Of a DNA stretch of 57,885 nucleotides, positions 1-8,462 are shown piece by piece. The notes under the pieces were generated by a model. The model worked only from the letters and a program-made list of their open reading frames with translations, did no database searches and was not told where the DNA came from. Every line of letters starts with the position of its first letter. Within the stretch, counting starts at the first letter, position 1. Origin of the DNA: Candidatus Micrarchaeota archaeon (GTDB taxonomy: Archaea > Micrarchaeota > Micrarchaeia > Norongarragalinales > UBA8480); NCBI GenBank assembly GCA_021812145.1, contig JAKAOM010000004.1:1-57885 (forward strand). The letters run 5' to 3'. The position numbers and the translations under genes are program-made.

Positions 1-387
1 GATCTCCCCAACGAACAGGTCCGGTTGTTTTTGCCCGAAAAACCATTCAAGAGTGTGCTGTGGAAGGAAGTGGGCTGTAACTATTTTTGGAACGTCGTAT
101 TTTGCCGCATGCAATCCAAGCATGTATGGACTGTGCGCGTGTACAAGATCGCATTCTTTTTTAGAAGTTGGGAGAATAATGTCATAATCAGGCGTAGTTG
201 GGCTTTTGAAGTAAGGCAGTGAAACAGTGTTGAAGTTATGTGGTTTGTTCACTCTGCCTGAATATACGGTTAGTTGCATTTTCTTGTTTAGATACGGTGC
301 TATGTTGTCTATGTACTGCGCCACTCCGTTGTTTTGCTCTAGGGTGTCCGAAAACCACGCTATTCTTTTGAATTTAAGCTTGTTCAT
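1..387 (-). CDS. GT4-family glycosyltransferase, N-terminal part (partial, continues beyond window start)
   Basis: Not in the ORF track because there is no stop in the window. My reverse-strand translation from the ATG at 387..385 is open for 129 codons: MNKLKFKRIAWFSDTLEQNNGVAQYIDNIAPYL...DLVHAHSPYMLGLHAAKYDVPKIVTAHF. This is the usual GT4 N-domain pattern. Confidence 0.5.
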   Translation of the reverse strand, partial: MNKLKFKRIAWFSDTLEQNNGVAQYIDNIAPYLNKKMQLTVYSGRVNKPHNFNTVSLPYFKSPTTPDYDIILPTSKKECDLVHAHSPYMLGLHAAKYDVPKIVTAHFLPQHTLEWFFGQKQPDLFVGEI

Positions 388-442
388 GATGAAATCTTAT
401 TTGAATGGTTAATAAAAATCTTTCCCTTTTTTGCAAAAATGT

Positions 443-1030
443 TCATGTTATCATTTTAAGCAAATCGCTTGTTTTTCTAATTACCCCTATTCTGGGCAGG
501 ATGAATTTTTCTGTAGCTTCATGCTCCTCCTTTGATTGTGACGTCATGGCGTCTATTGCGAAGAATTGGTTATAGCCGTGCTGGTAAGCTTCACGTGCAG
601 TAGTTTCCACTCCGATGTTTGTTGAAATTCCGCAGAGCACTATAGTGCTTATCTTTCTTCTTCTCAATTGCAAATCCAGTTCGGTTCCGTGGAACGCACC
701 CCACTGCCTTTTTGTAATTATTATATCCTTGTCTGTTTTTTTTAACTCATCTACAAATTCAAACCAGTCCGAAGGCCTTGGATTTGAACCCCAAGGATTC
801 TTTTGTTCGGTCACTGGGTTGAGCATGTCCTTGCCGTCGATAGAGCCTACGTGGACAAGAACTACTGGCGCGCCAACCTCTCTGAATTTTTCAGCAAGTA
901 TTGCAGCGTTTTTTATCACTTCTTCAGCGCTATACGGCTCTGTTTTTCTATCCATTTTTGCAATTCCCTTTTGCAAGTCTATTACTACCAGCGCGCTTGA
1001 CTTTGAATCGATTTTAAGCTCCATTTTCAA
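443..1030 (-). CDS. isochorismatase-family cysteine hydrolase
   Basis: 195 aa. ALVVIDLQKG (Asp), ITKRQWGAF (Lys) and VLCGISTNIGVETTAREA (Cys) fit the catalytic context of isochorismatase/nicotinamidase-like hydrolases. Confidence 0.8.
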   Translation of the reverse strand: MKMELKIDSKSSALVVIDLQKGIAKMDRKTEPYSAEEVIKNAAILAEKFREVGAPVVLVHVGSIDGKDMLNPVTEQKNPWGSNPRPSDWFEFVDELKKTDKDIIITKRQWGAFHGTELDLQLRRRKISTIVLCGISTNIGVETTAREAYQHGYNQFFAIDAMTSQSKEEHEATEKFILPRIGVIRKTSDLLKMIT

Positions 1031-1051
1031 CCACCTTTTCTTTTTAATTGT

Positions 1052-2002
1052 TTAAACGTTTTGTATTAATTTTTTATGTTTAATGATTCTTTCCACTATC
1101 TTGTTTGCACTCAACCCGTATTTTTCAAGAAGTTCAGAAGCGCTTCCGCTTTGCCCGAATTTGTCTTCAACCCCTATTATTTCTAAGTGTATTCCCTCTC
1201 CTGAAATTGCTTCGGCTACAGCACTCCCCATGCCTCCAGCAGTCTGATGCTCTTCAACCGTGAAAATAGTGCCTGTTTTTTTTGCGGATTGCAATATTGT
1301 TTTACTATCTAATGGCTTTATTGTATGGTTGTTTATAACTTCCACTTCAATTCCCTTTTTCTCAAGTATTTCACTTGCTTTTAACGCTTGAAATACCATG
1401 TTTCCGCAGGCGATTAACGTCAAATCACTTCCTTTTTTAAGTATGTTTGCTTTTCCTATCCTAAATTCGCTTTCTTCCGTAACTTGTGGGAATTTTTCCC
1501 TTCCAAGGCGCAGGTAGGTTGGATTTTTTGTTTTTGAGGTTTCAATTGTCGCCTTTTCAGCTTCTGTTGCGTCTGCCGGAACTATCACATTCATTTTTGG
1601 AAGAACCCTTGTTATCGCTATGTCCTCCAACGCCTGGTGCGTTGCTCCATCTTCGCCGGTGGTTATGCCAGCGTGGGAGCTTGCTATCTTAACATTGGCG
1701 TTGTTGTAGCATATTGAAACTCTTATCTGACCCCAGTTTATTGATGGGCTGAAAGAAGCAAAAGAAGTTATAAAAGGAATTTTTCCCTCCAGTGCCAAAC
1801 CCGCTCCTACTGCAGCCAGGTTTTGTTCAGCCACGCCCACTTCAATATATCTTTCAGGAAATCTATTTTTGAATTCTTCCAACTTTAGCGATTCGCTCAG
1901 GTCAGCGCTCAACGCTAAAATGTTTTTGTTTTCTAAAGCAGCTTTGACTATTCCTATTCCGAATCCTTCCCTTGACGCCTTAAGCTTTTCATAGTTTATC
2001 AT
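1052..2002 (-). CDS. transketolase, C-terminal (pyrimidine-binding) subunit
   Basis: 316 aa with EVGVAEQNLAAVGAGLA and GATHQALEDIA motifs. It overlaps the upstream N-terminal subunit gene by 4 nt, the split transketolase arrangement common in archaea. Confidence 0.9.
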   Translation of the reverse strand: MINYEKLKASREGFGIGIVKAALENKNILALSADLSESLKLEEFKNRFPERYIEVGVAEQNLAAVGAGLALEGKIPFITSFASFSPSINWGQIRVSICYNNANVKIASSHAGITTGEDGATHQALEDIAITRVLPKMNVIVPADATEAEKATIETSKTKNPTYLRLGREKFPQVTEESEFRIGKANILKKGSDLTLIACGNMVFQALKASEILEKKGIEVEVINNHTIKPLDSKTILQSAKKTGTIFTVEEHQTAGGMGSAVAEAISGEGIHLEIIGVEDKFGQSGSASELLEKYGLSANKIVERIIKHKKLIQNV

Positions 2003-2802
2003 TGTTTGTTCAACTCTTTTATTGCCTGATCTCTCTCGCTTTTATTTGGAGCTTTTCCATGCCATTCAAATTTGCCTTCCATGAAACTCACTCCTTTTCC
2101 AGGAATTGTATTTGCTATGATAAGGGTAGGTTTTCCTTTTTTCCTTGTTTTTATTTTTTTCATTTCATTGAAATCATGACCTTTTATTTCAATAACATTC
2201 CAATTAAACGCTTCGTATTTTTCTTTCAAATTTTCGAGAGGCATTATTTTTTCGGTTGGACCGCTCAACTGTATTTTGTTCCTGTCTATTATTGCCGTAA
2301 GATTATCCAGCTTGTTTTTTGCGGCGAACATTGCTGCTTCCCAAGTAACCCCTTCATCTTGCTCCCCGTCGCTCATCATGCAATATATATGGTGTTTTTC
2401 CCCATCCATTTTTGCTTTCAGCGCCATTCCGCAGCTGATTCCCAACCCAAGACCTAGCGGACCTGCACTTGTTTCAATTCCCGGCAGGGATCCTCTTTCA
2501 GGATGGCCTTGCAGCCCATTCATTTTTCTAAGCGTTTTAAGTCTGTCTTTTTTAAAGAAGCCCTTCTCCGCCAGAACAGCATACAATGCCGGGCATACAT
2601 GCCCGTTTGACAGTATGAATCTGTCCCTTCCATTCCATGATGGTTTTGAAGCATTTGTTTTCAACACGTTGTAGTAAAGATAGGTTAGCAGGTCTGCAAC
2701 ACCAAGCGACCCGCCAGGGTGGCCTGAACCAGCGGTATATATCATATCTATTGCTTCTATTCTTACTTTTCTAGCTTTTTCCTTCAAATAATCGTTTTTC
2801 AT
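1999..2802 (-). CDS. transketolase, N-terminal (TPP-binding) subunit
   Basis: 267 aa with SGHPGGSLG, LSNGH and MMSDGEQDEGVTWEA thiamine-diphosphate binding motifs. Confidence 0.9.
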   Translation of the reverse strand: MKNDYLKEKARKVRIEAIDMIYTAGSGHPGGSLGVADLLTYLYYNVLKTNASKPSWNGRDRFILSNGHVCPALYAVLAEKGFFKKDRLKTLRKMNGLQGHPERGSLPGIETSAGPLGLGLGISCGMALKAKMDGEKHHIYCMMSDGEQDEGVTWEAAMFAAKNKLDNLTAIIDRNKIQLSGPTEKIMPLENLKEKYEAFNWNVIEIKGHDFNEMKKIKTRKKGKPTLIIANTIPGKGVSFMEGKFEWHGKAPNKSERDQAIKELNKQ

Positions 2803-3413
2803 GATCCCACATTTTTTTCTATTTCTTCGAAATTCTGCAGGATGTTTCCCTCGAAAAGGGCCGTGCCAACCACGAGCGCGTCGGCTCCTGCCTCAACTAT
2901 TTTCTTTGCATTTTCCTTGTTTACCCCTCCGTCGACTGAAATTGTTTTTTCTGTTTCTCCCCTCAATTTTTTGATTTTTTCAATAGTCGAGTCAATGAAT
3001 TTTTGCCCCCCCTGTCCAGGGTGTACGCTCATAATTAGAAACTCGTCAAAGTCCTCTAGGTAGCGGTATGCTTTTTCTATACTAGTTTCCGGATTTATCG
3101 CAAGGCCTTTTTTCTGTTTTACTAATTTTACTTTTTCTTTAATTCCTTCAACTTCAAGATGAAATGTTATTTTTTTAGCTCTCCAATACTTATTGAAATA
3201 ATCTTCCGGTTTTTGAACCATAAGGTGAATGTTAAGATCTTTTTTAATCCATTCTATCCTTCTAGGGTGAAACTCGGTTAAGGTGTTATTTTTAACGAAA
3301 ACACCATCCATCACGTCAACATGTACCTCTTTTATTCTATTCCCTAGTAAGTCCAGGCTTTCTCTGAGTTTTTTAGGCTCTACTCCTAAAATAGATGGGC
3401 GTATTTCAACCAT
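2799..3413 (-). CDS. rpe: ribulose-phosphate 3-epimerase
   Basis: 204 aa with PSILG, HVDVMDGVFV, HLMV, MSVHPGQGGQKF and VDGGV motifs. It overlaps the transketolase genes in an operon-like arrangement. Confidence 0.85.
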   Translation of the reverse strand: MVEIRPSILGVEPKKLRESLDLLGNRIKEVHVDVMDGVFVKNNTLTEFHPRRIEWIKKDLNIHLMVQKPEDYFNKYWRAKKITFHLEVEGIKEKVKLVKQKKGLAINPETSIEKAYRYLEDFDEFLIMSVHPGQGGQKFIDSTIEKIKKLRGETEKTISVDGGVNKENAKKIVEAGADALVVGTALFEGNILQNFEEIEKNVGS

Positions 3414-3559
3414 TAACTACCTTTTTACGGGAAACTTATTAAGCTTTATTTGCCTGCTTTTTGAATGATTAGAATTGTTGTTTTTAAACCGTTGTTTTTG
3501 TTTAAGAAAGTCTTTTTAATGTTTTCAGTTTAAAAATTTAAAACTTAAGGTGTTTTTGG

Positions 3560-4762
3560 ATGAATTATGATGTTATTATAGTAGGAGGGGGCCCTGCGGG
3601 AAGCACTCTGGCAGGAATGATTGGAGACAAAGCTAATGTTCTGCTTTTGGACAAGGCTAACTTTCCAAGAGACAAAACGTGCGGCGACGCGGTAGGAGGC
3701 AAAACTCTGGCCACTCTCAAAGAGTTGAATCTCTTGAAAAAGATGGAGAAGATAAAACACAAAAAAATAAGGGGAATAACCTTTTCAAGCCCGAATGGAG
3801 TGGTTTCAAGCATTAAGCTTAAGAAAAACCTTGTAGGGATAGACTACAGCTATGTTTGCAAGAGAGCTGTTTTTGACGATCTTTTGTTCAAGAACGCTTC
3901 AAAGAAATGCGAGGCTATTCAGGGTTTTACCGCCACCGATCTTGTTTGGGAGGATGGAAGTGTCGTTGGCGTTAAAGGAACATTGAAGGGGAAAGAAAAG
4001 ACTTTCAAGGGAAAAATAATCGTTGGAGCTGATGGAGCTCAAAGCATGGTAGCGCAAAAATTGAAAGTAAATACAAACCCCCCTGAACACGTGTGCATAG
4101 CGTTGAGGGCTTACTACAAGAATGTTAAAGGTTTGACTGACGATATTGAAATACACTTTGTGGATGAAGTAATTCCGGGATATTTCTGGATATTCCCAGA
4201 AGCTAATGGAGAAGCCAATGTTGGTATCGGAGTTGTTTTAAGCGAGGTTCAAAAAAGAAATGCTGATCTTAAGCAGGTAATGTTCAAGGTTCTGAAGGAA
4301 AACAAGCTTTTCAAGGACAGATTCAAAAACGCGGTTCTAGCTTCAGAAGTAAAAGGGTGGACTTTGCCTTTCGCATCCTACAGAAGAAAAATCGTTGGAG
4401 ACTCCTGGATCCTGCTTGGAGACGCGGCTTCTTTAGTAGATCCTTTTTCAGGAGAAGGCATGGGCAATGGGAGTTTCAGCGCCAGAGTTGCCGCACCCGT
4501 GATTTTAAAAGCTTTGAAGAAAAAGGATTTCAGCGTTTTGAAGGATTACGAGGAGAATCTTTGGAATGAACTCGGCCCTGAAGCGGACATGAGCTATAAA
4601 ATGCAGAAGCTTGGAAGATGGAGGTTCCTTTTGAATTTCGTTGTTGGCAAGATAAACAAGAACGAGTGGGTAAGGGATTCTATCTCAGGAATGCTTGCTG
4701 ATACCGAAGCAAAGAAGGATTTTGCATCCCCATTTTTCTATCTTAAACTCCTGTTTTCCTGA
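3560..4762 (+). CDS. geranylgeranyl reductase family FAD-dependent oxidoreductase
   Basis: 400 aa. N-terminal YDVIIVGGGPAGS dinucleotide fold and LLGDAASLVDPFSGEGMG motif, with size typical of archaeal lipid geranylgeranyl reductases. Confidence 0.8.
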   Translation: MNYDVIIVGGGPAGSTLAGMIGDKANVLLLDKANFPRDKTCGDAVGGKTLATLKELNLLKKMEKIKHKKIRGITFSSPNGVVSSIKLKKNLVGIDYSYVCKRAVFDDLLFKNASKKCEAIQGFTATDLVWEDGSVVGVKGTLKGKEKTFKGKIIVGADGAQSMVAQKLKVNTNPPEHVCIALRAYYKNVKGLTDDIEIHFVDEVIPGYFWIFPEANGEANVGIGVVLSEVQKRNADLKQVMFKVLKENKLFKDRFKNAVLASEVKGWTLPFASYRRKIVGDSWILLGDAASLVDPFSGEGMGNGSFSARVAAPVILKALKKKDFSVLKDYEENLWNELGPEADMSYKMQKLGRWRFLLNFVVGKINKNEWVRDSISGMLADTEAKKDFASPFFYLKLLFS

Positions 4763-5721
4763 ATTTCTGCTTTTCTAAGCTCATTCAGGTTTGAACTTCT
4801 TGTAAGCATCATGGCTATCTTAAGTTCTTTCAGCCATTCATCAAGCTCTTTTTCTAGCCTGTCTTCAACAACCGCTTTTAGAAATGGCAGTGAAGCGCTT
4901 GCAAGGGTAGCTCCCAATCTTATCGTTTTAGCAACCTCTAACCCGTTTCTAATTCCCCCGGATGCGATTATAGGCGTTTTTAGATTTCTGCATTCTTTAA
5001 GACTTTGAAGAGTTGAAACACCCCAGTTTTTGAACACGTTTCTGGTTTCTCCATTTCTTTTTTTCTCTATTTCTCCCCAGTTGGTCCCTCCAAAACCAGC
5101 TAGGTCTATAGCTTTAACGCCTGCTTTTTGCAGTTCAAGCGCGGTTTTTCCGTTTATTCCGTTTCCAACCTCTTTTGCAAGAACTGGAATTGACAAATAA
5201 TCGCAAAGCTCTGCTATTTTTTCTCTCACCCCCTTCCATTTTTTGTTCCCGTCCTTTTGCATTAGCTCCTGAAGAGGGTTTAGGTGTATGAAAACCGCGT
5301 CAGCTTCAATTCTTTCAAGAGACCTTTCAATTTCTTCAAAGTCGAATTCAAGCAGAGCAGTTCCCCCAAGGTTTGCTATAAGGAAAACATCTGGATTTTT
5401 TCTTTTAACGTTGAAGCTCTCGAAAACCTCTGGTTTTTTAAGCGCTATTTTATGCGATCCGGTGCTGAACGGAATGTTTTTTTCTTCAGCCGCAGCAGCA
5501 AGTTTTTCATTTATCTTTCCTGTTCTTTCAGTCCCCCCTGTCATCGAGCCTATCATTACTGGCTGGGAGAAGATTCTTCCAAGAAATTTAACCTTGGTGC
5601 TTATTTCATTGAAGTTAAGCTCAGGAAGAGCATAGTGGGTGAATTTAACTTCATCCAACCCGTTTTTCAACTCCCATTCCTGCTCAAGGGATATTTTCAA
5701 TTGTTCTTCTTTAACGTTCAT
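4738..5721 (-). CDS. fni: isopentenyl-diphosphate delta-isomerase, type 2 (FMN-dependent)
   Basis: 327 aa with SQPVMIGSMTGG and IASGGIRNGLEVAK motifs on a TIM-barrel FMN enzyme pattern. Its 3' end converges on and overlaps the reductase gene by 25 nt. Confidence 0.85.
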   Translation of the reverse strand: MNVKEEQLKISLEQEWELKNGLDEVKFTHYALPELNFNEISTKVKFLGRIFSQPVMIGSMTGGTERTGKINEKLAAAAEEKNIPFSTGSHKIALKKPEVFESFNVKRKNPDVFLIANLGGTALLEFDFEEIERSLERIEADAVFIHLNPLQELMQKDGNKKWKGVREKIAELCDYLSIPVLAKEVGNGINGKTALELQKAGVKAIDLAGFGGTNWGEIEKKRNGETRNVFKNWGVSTLQSLKECRNLKTPIIASGGIRNGLEVAKTIRLGATLASASLPFLKAVVEDRLEKELDEWLKELKIAMMLTRSSNLNELRKAEIQENRSLR

Positions 5722-5724
5722 TTT

Positions 5725-6006
5725 TCACACCATAAATTGCTTTGGAACGCTTGTTTTCCTCCCAGGCTTCCAGTAAAAGTTTTGTATTGTGCTGAATGTT
5801 TTGTCGTCATATTCTTTTTCAATGCTTTCTGGTTCAGTTTTTCCTTCAATTATCTTGTTCATTAACGCTAACCTTTGCCTTGGTTGAAGCTTGTTTGCCT
5901 CTTCCACTATTTTTCCGTCAATTAACCCCTTAATTTTAAGGTTTTGAAGCTTTTCGTTTCCCTCTTCTATCTCCCTTCTTTTAGACTCGCTCAACTGCAC
6001 CAGCAT
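5725..6006 (-). CDS. hypothetical protein (93 aa, charged, helical)
   Basis: The ORF ends 3 nt before the fni start, so it is probably co-transcribed. I recognise no family. Confidence 0.4.
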   Translation of the reverse strand: MLVQLSESKRREIEEGNEKLQNLKIKGLIDGKIVEEANKLQPRQRLALMNKIIEGKTEPESIEKEYDDKTFSTIQNFYWKPGRKTSVPKQFMV

Positions 6007-6061
6007 GTTTTAATGTTAAAACACAATTGCTTTTAAATATTTTTAAGCATTTAATTACTCA

Positions 6062-6505
6062 ATGGATTTTTCAGAGGATTCCAAAATAAGCGACGTTATA
6101 GCAAGCCACCCTGAAACTTTAGGCGTTTTCTTGAAGTACGGTCTTGCGTGCGTAGGGTGTAGTTTAAGCCCTTTTGAAACCGTGCGACAAGGGGCTGAAG
6201 CCCACGGGTTTGACGAAAAGGCAGTTAAATCGCTTATTAAAGAATTAAAAGAGAGGGCTAAGCACTTGACTTTAACTGAAACTGCGGCTGAAAGGCTTAA
6301 AAAATTCAAGAAAGGTAAGAAACTGGTTTTAAAAAGAATAAACGAAAACGGAAAGTCCTATTTTGACCTGGAATTCGGAGATGGCGGCGATTTTAATGTC
6401 GAAGACAAAGGTTTTACCATATCTATAGAACCTTCAATAATAGGCGAAGTTAAGGGAATGATCATAGACTGGATTGAAGGCAAGGGTTTTGTCTTCAAAC
6501 ACTAA
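6062..6505 (+). CDS. DUF1858-like (hybrid-cluster-protein-associated redox disulfide) domain fused to a cysteine-less HesB/IscA-like domain
   Basis: 147 aa. The N-terminal ISDVIASHPETLGVFLKYGLACVGCSLSPFETV resembles DUF1858. The C-terminal LTLTETAAERLKKF...YFDLEF...IDWIEGKGFVFKH resembles the IscA/HesB fold but lacks its cluster-binding cysteines. Confidence 0.5.
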   Translation: MDFSEDSKISDVIASHPETLGVFLKYGLACVGCSLSPFETVRQGAEAHGFDEKAVKSLIKELKERAKHLTLTETAAERLKKFKKGKKLVLKRINENGKSYFDLEFGDGGDFNVEDKGFTISIEPSIIGEVKGMIIDWIEGKGFVFKH

Positions 6506-6819
6506 TCCTCAAGTTTGAACGTTTTTATATAAAAGTAAAGCTTGTACGAAGCGTAGAAGAATACTACAAAGCCTATTTCAGCTATCAAGCCGAAAAAACC
6601 ATTAAGCGCGTAGCAATTGTTTGAAGTGCAGGTTGAAGTCAGTCCAATTATCAATATGTGCGTTGAAATGAATATTATTGAAATAAGGTAAAGTAAAAGC
6701 GTTTTATGCAATCCTCCTGCCCTGGTTTTTTTGACCGAGAAGCACAAGTATGCTGCCGCGAAAAACCCTATTATTGCAGTTGTAGTGTAGAAAAGCCCTT
6801 CTAAATTCACTCCATTCAT
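6502..6819 (-). CDS. small integral membrane protein (3 predicted TM helices)
   Basis: 105 aa with three long hydrophobic stretches. I recognise no family. Confidence 0.45.
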   Translation of the reverse strand: MNGVNLEGLFYTTTAIIGFFAAAYLCFSVKKTRAGGLHKTLLLYLISIIFISTHILIIGLTSTCTSNNCYALNGFFGLIAEIGFVVFFYASYKLYFYIKTFKLED

Positions 6820-7011
6820 GTTTTAATATTGTATTTTTGGTATTTTTAAATTTTATCCTGTATTATTTATTTTAGCTTTTTTTTGGAATAAATCATTTCA
6901 TGCTTTTTTTAGGCTAAATTAGCTAGTATTTGCCTTTGCTTTTGAGGCCCAATCTTACAGTAAGGTTTTTAAATGTTTGAGAATAACTTCTAGATTAAAT
7001 TTTTAAATAAA

Positions 7012-7018
7012 AGGTGAT
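7012..7018 (+). promoter_or_regulatory. Shine-Dalgarno-like site (AGGTGAT) for the pilin-like gene
   Basis: AGGTGAT lies 8 nt upstream of the ATG at 7027 and is complementary to the conserved archaeal 16S 3' end. Similar GGTG elements precede 18399 and 35305. Confidence 0.5.
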
Positions 7019-7026
7019 TTTATAAA

Positions 7027-7449
7027 ATGAAGAAAGGGCAAAGCGCTTTAGAGTACCTAGTCACTTACGGCTGGGCGATTTTGGCAATAGTTATAGTTGC
7101 CGCAATTTTGTGGTATTTCGGGGTTTTCAACCCGTCAAGATTCACTTCCTCTCATCAGTGTGGTGGATTCTCTGACTTCCAATGCTTAGACTACAACGTT
7201 TCTGGATCAAGTGCAGGTATTGTTCTTGGAAACAAGCTTGGAACAACTCTTCAATCAATTAGTGCGTCAGTAGGAGCTGGATCTTGTACTCCTTCGCCGA
7301 CATCTGTTGGTCCAAACAATCAACTAACTTTAACTTGTACTGGTATAGGAAGTGCACAGGCTGGAAACACCTATAATGTGTCATTAACCTTTACTGATGC
7401 TCAGTCTGGTTTGACGCACTCTGACAGTGGATTTATAGGTTCAAGTTAA
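7027..7449 (+). CDS. archaeal type IV pilin-like protein (class III signal peptide)
   Basis: 140 aa. MKKG|QSALEYLVTYGWAILAIVIVAAILWYF is the canonical archaeal prepilin signal: basic residues, Gly, then QSAxEYL and a hydrophobic helix. A Ser/Thr/Gly-rich globular part follows. Confidence 0.8.
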   Translation: MKKGQSALEYLVTYGWAILAIVIVAAILWYFGVFNPSRFTSSHQCGGFSDFQCLDYNVSGSSAGIVLGNKLGTTLQSISASVGAGSCTPSPTSVGPNNQLTLTCTGIGSAQAGNTYNVSLTFTDAQSGLTHSDSGFIGSS

Positions 7450-7461
7450 ATCTTGAATCCT

Positions 7462-7497
7462 GAGGGTTTTAACAACCCTCTTTTTTTCTTTTTTTTT
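7462..7497 (+). terminator. hairpin plus long oligo-T tract downstream of the pilin-like gene
   Basis: GAGGGTT-TTAAC-AACCCTC (7-bp stem, 7462..7480) is followed directly by TTTTTTTCTTTTTTTTT. Confidence 0.55.
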
Positions 7498-7563
7498 AAT
7501 TTTTCTCTTTTTTTCTTCTTTTCTGGTTAGTATTTTAAATTTTGCCGTTTTAACTTTTTTTAA

Positions 7564-8460
7564 ATGGTTCTGGAGTTCAGGCAAGACGCCACTAAAAACC
7601 TAACTATAATCTCAGCCAGCAAACGCTCTCAACGACCATTGGTTTACTCTGAAAAAGTGTTCTGTCCTTTTGACAAAGGAAGCGAGAATTCAACCCCGCC
7701 TACAAGCTTTGCTTTGCCTGAAGGTGATTGGAAAGTTCGATGTTTTGAGAATTTATACCCTGTTCTGAAAAAGGAAGGTGTTTTTAGCAAAGGCACTGGC
7801 TTTTGGAAATCCCCTGCATTTGGAAGGCATGAAGTTATAGTTGAAACCGAGGAGCATGGAAAGCTTTTCCAGGACTTTACCGAAGAACAATTATATTTAG
7901 TTTTAAAAGCTTACTTAAATCGTTTCAAGTTTTTCAGCGAAAACAACGAGTACGCTTTCCTATTCAAGAATCATGGCAAGGGAAGCGGAGCCAGCATTGA
8001 CCACGAACACTCGCAGATCATAGGATTGCCGTTCGTTCCCGAAATGATAAAAAGAGAAAGCGAACTATTTGAAAAAGAATGCGTGCTTTGCGGTTTTGAA
8101 GAAAGCATGGTTCCAAGCGATTTTTTCAAGGTTTTCGCCCCTCCTTTCGCCAGATTTCCGCTTGAAGTCTGGGTTATTCCGAAGAGGCATGTTAAAACCT
8201 TTCTAGATCTGACTGAAGATGAGGGCAAGGAGTTGATGAGACTATTAAAGATTATAATAGCAAAGGAATACGAAAAATCTAAAGACTACACTATTGCGTT
8301 TCATTCTGGTTTCAAGGAAAAAGATTTCCATTTTCACGTAGAGTTTTACCCAAGACCTAACGTGTGGGGAGGCATAGAACTAGGCACGGGGGTAATAATA
8401 AACCCTAAAACAGAGGAGGATGTAAAGGATCTTTTCCAAAATCCTTCAACTCAAAAATAA
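7564..8460 (+). CDS. galactose-1-phosphate uridylyltransferase-like nucleotidyltransferase (HIT superfamily)
   Basis: 298 aa with an HEHSQIIG (H-x-H-x-Q) active-site motif, an N-terminal FCPFDKGSE element and the tandem half-barrel layout of GalT-type enzymes. Confidence 0.65.
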   Translation: MVLEFRQDATKNLTIISASKRSQRPLVYSEKVFCPFDKGSENSTPPTSFALPEGDWKVRCFENLYPVLKKEGVFSKGTGFWKSPAFGRHEVIVETEEHGKLFQDFTEEQLYLVLKAYLNRFKFFSENNEYAFLFKNHGKGSGASIDHEHSQIIGLPFVPEMIKRESELFEKECVLCGFEESMVPSDFFKVFAPPFARFPLEVWVIPKRHVKTFLDLTEDEGKELMRLLKIIIAKEYEKSKDYTIAFHSGFKEKDFHFHVEFYPRPNVWGGIELGTGVIINPKTEEDVKDLFQNPSTQK

Positions 8461-8462
8461 AC

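Noticed and set aside
25-412. Two plus-strand ORFs (25..222, 227..412) at the window start
   Set aside because: The opposite strand carries a 129-codon open frame with a clear GT4 glycosyltransferase pattern running off the window. The plus-strand ORFs are Cys/Phe/Trp-rich shadow frames.
386-450. Possible box C/D sRNA (ATGATGA at 386..392)
   Set aside because: No CTGA D box lies at the appropriate distance and there is no terminal stem. The motif is simply the reverse-strand start region of the GT4 gene.
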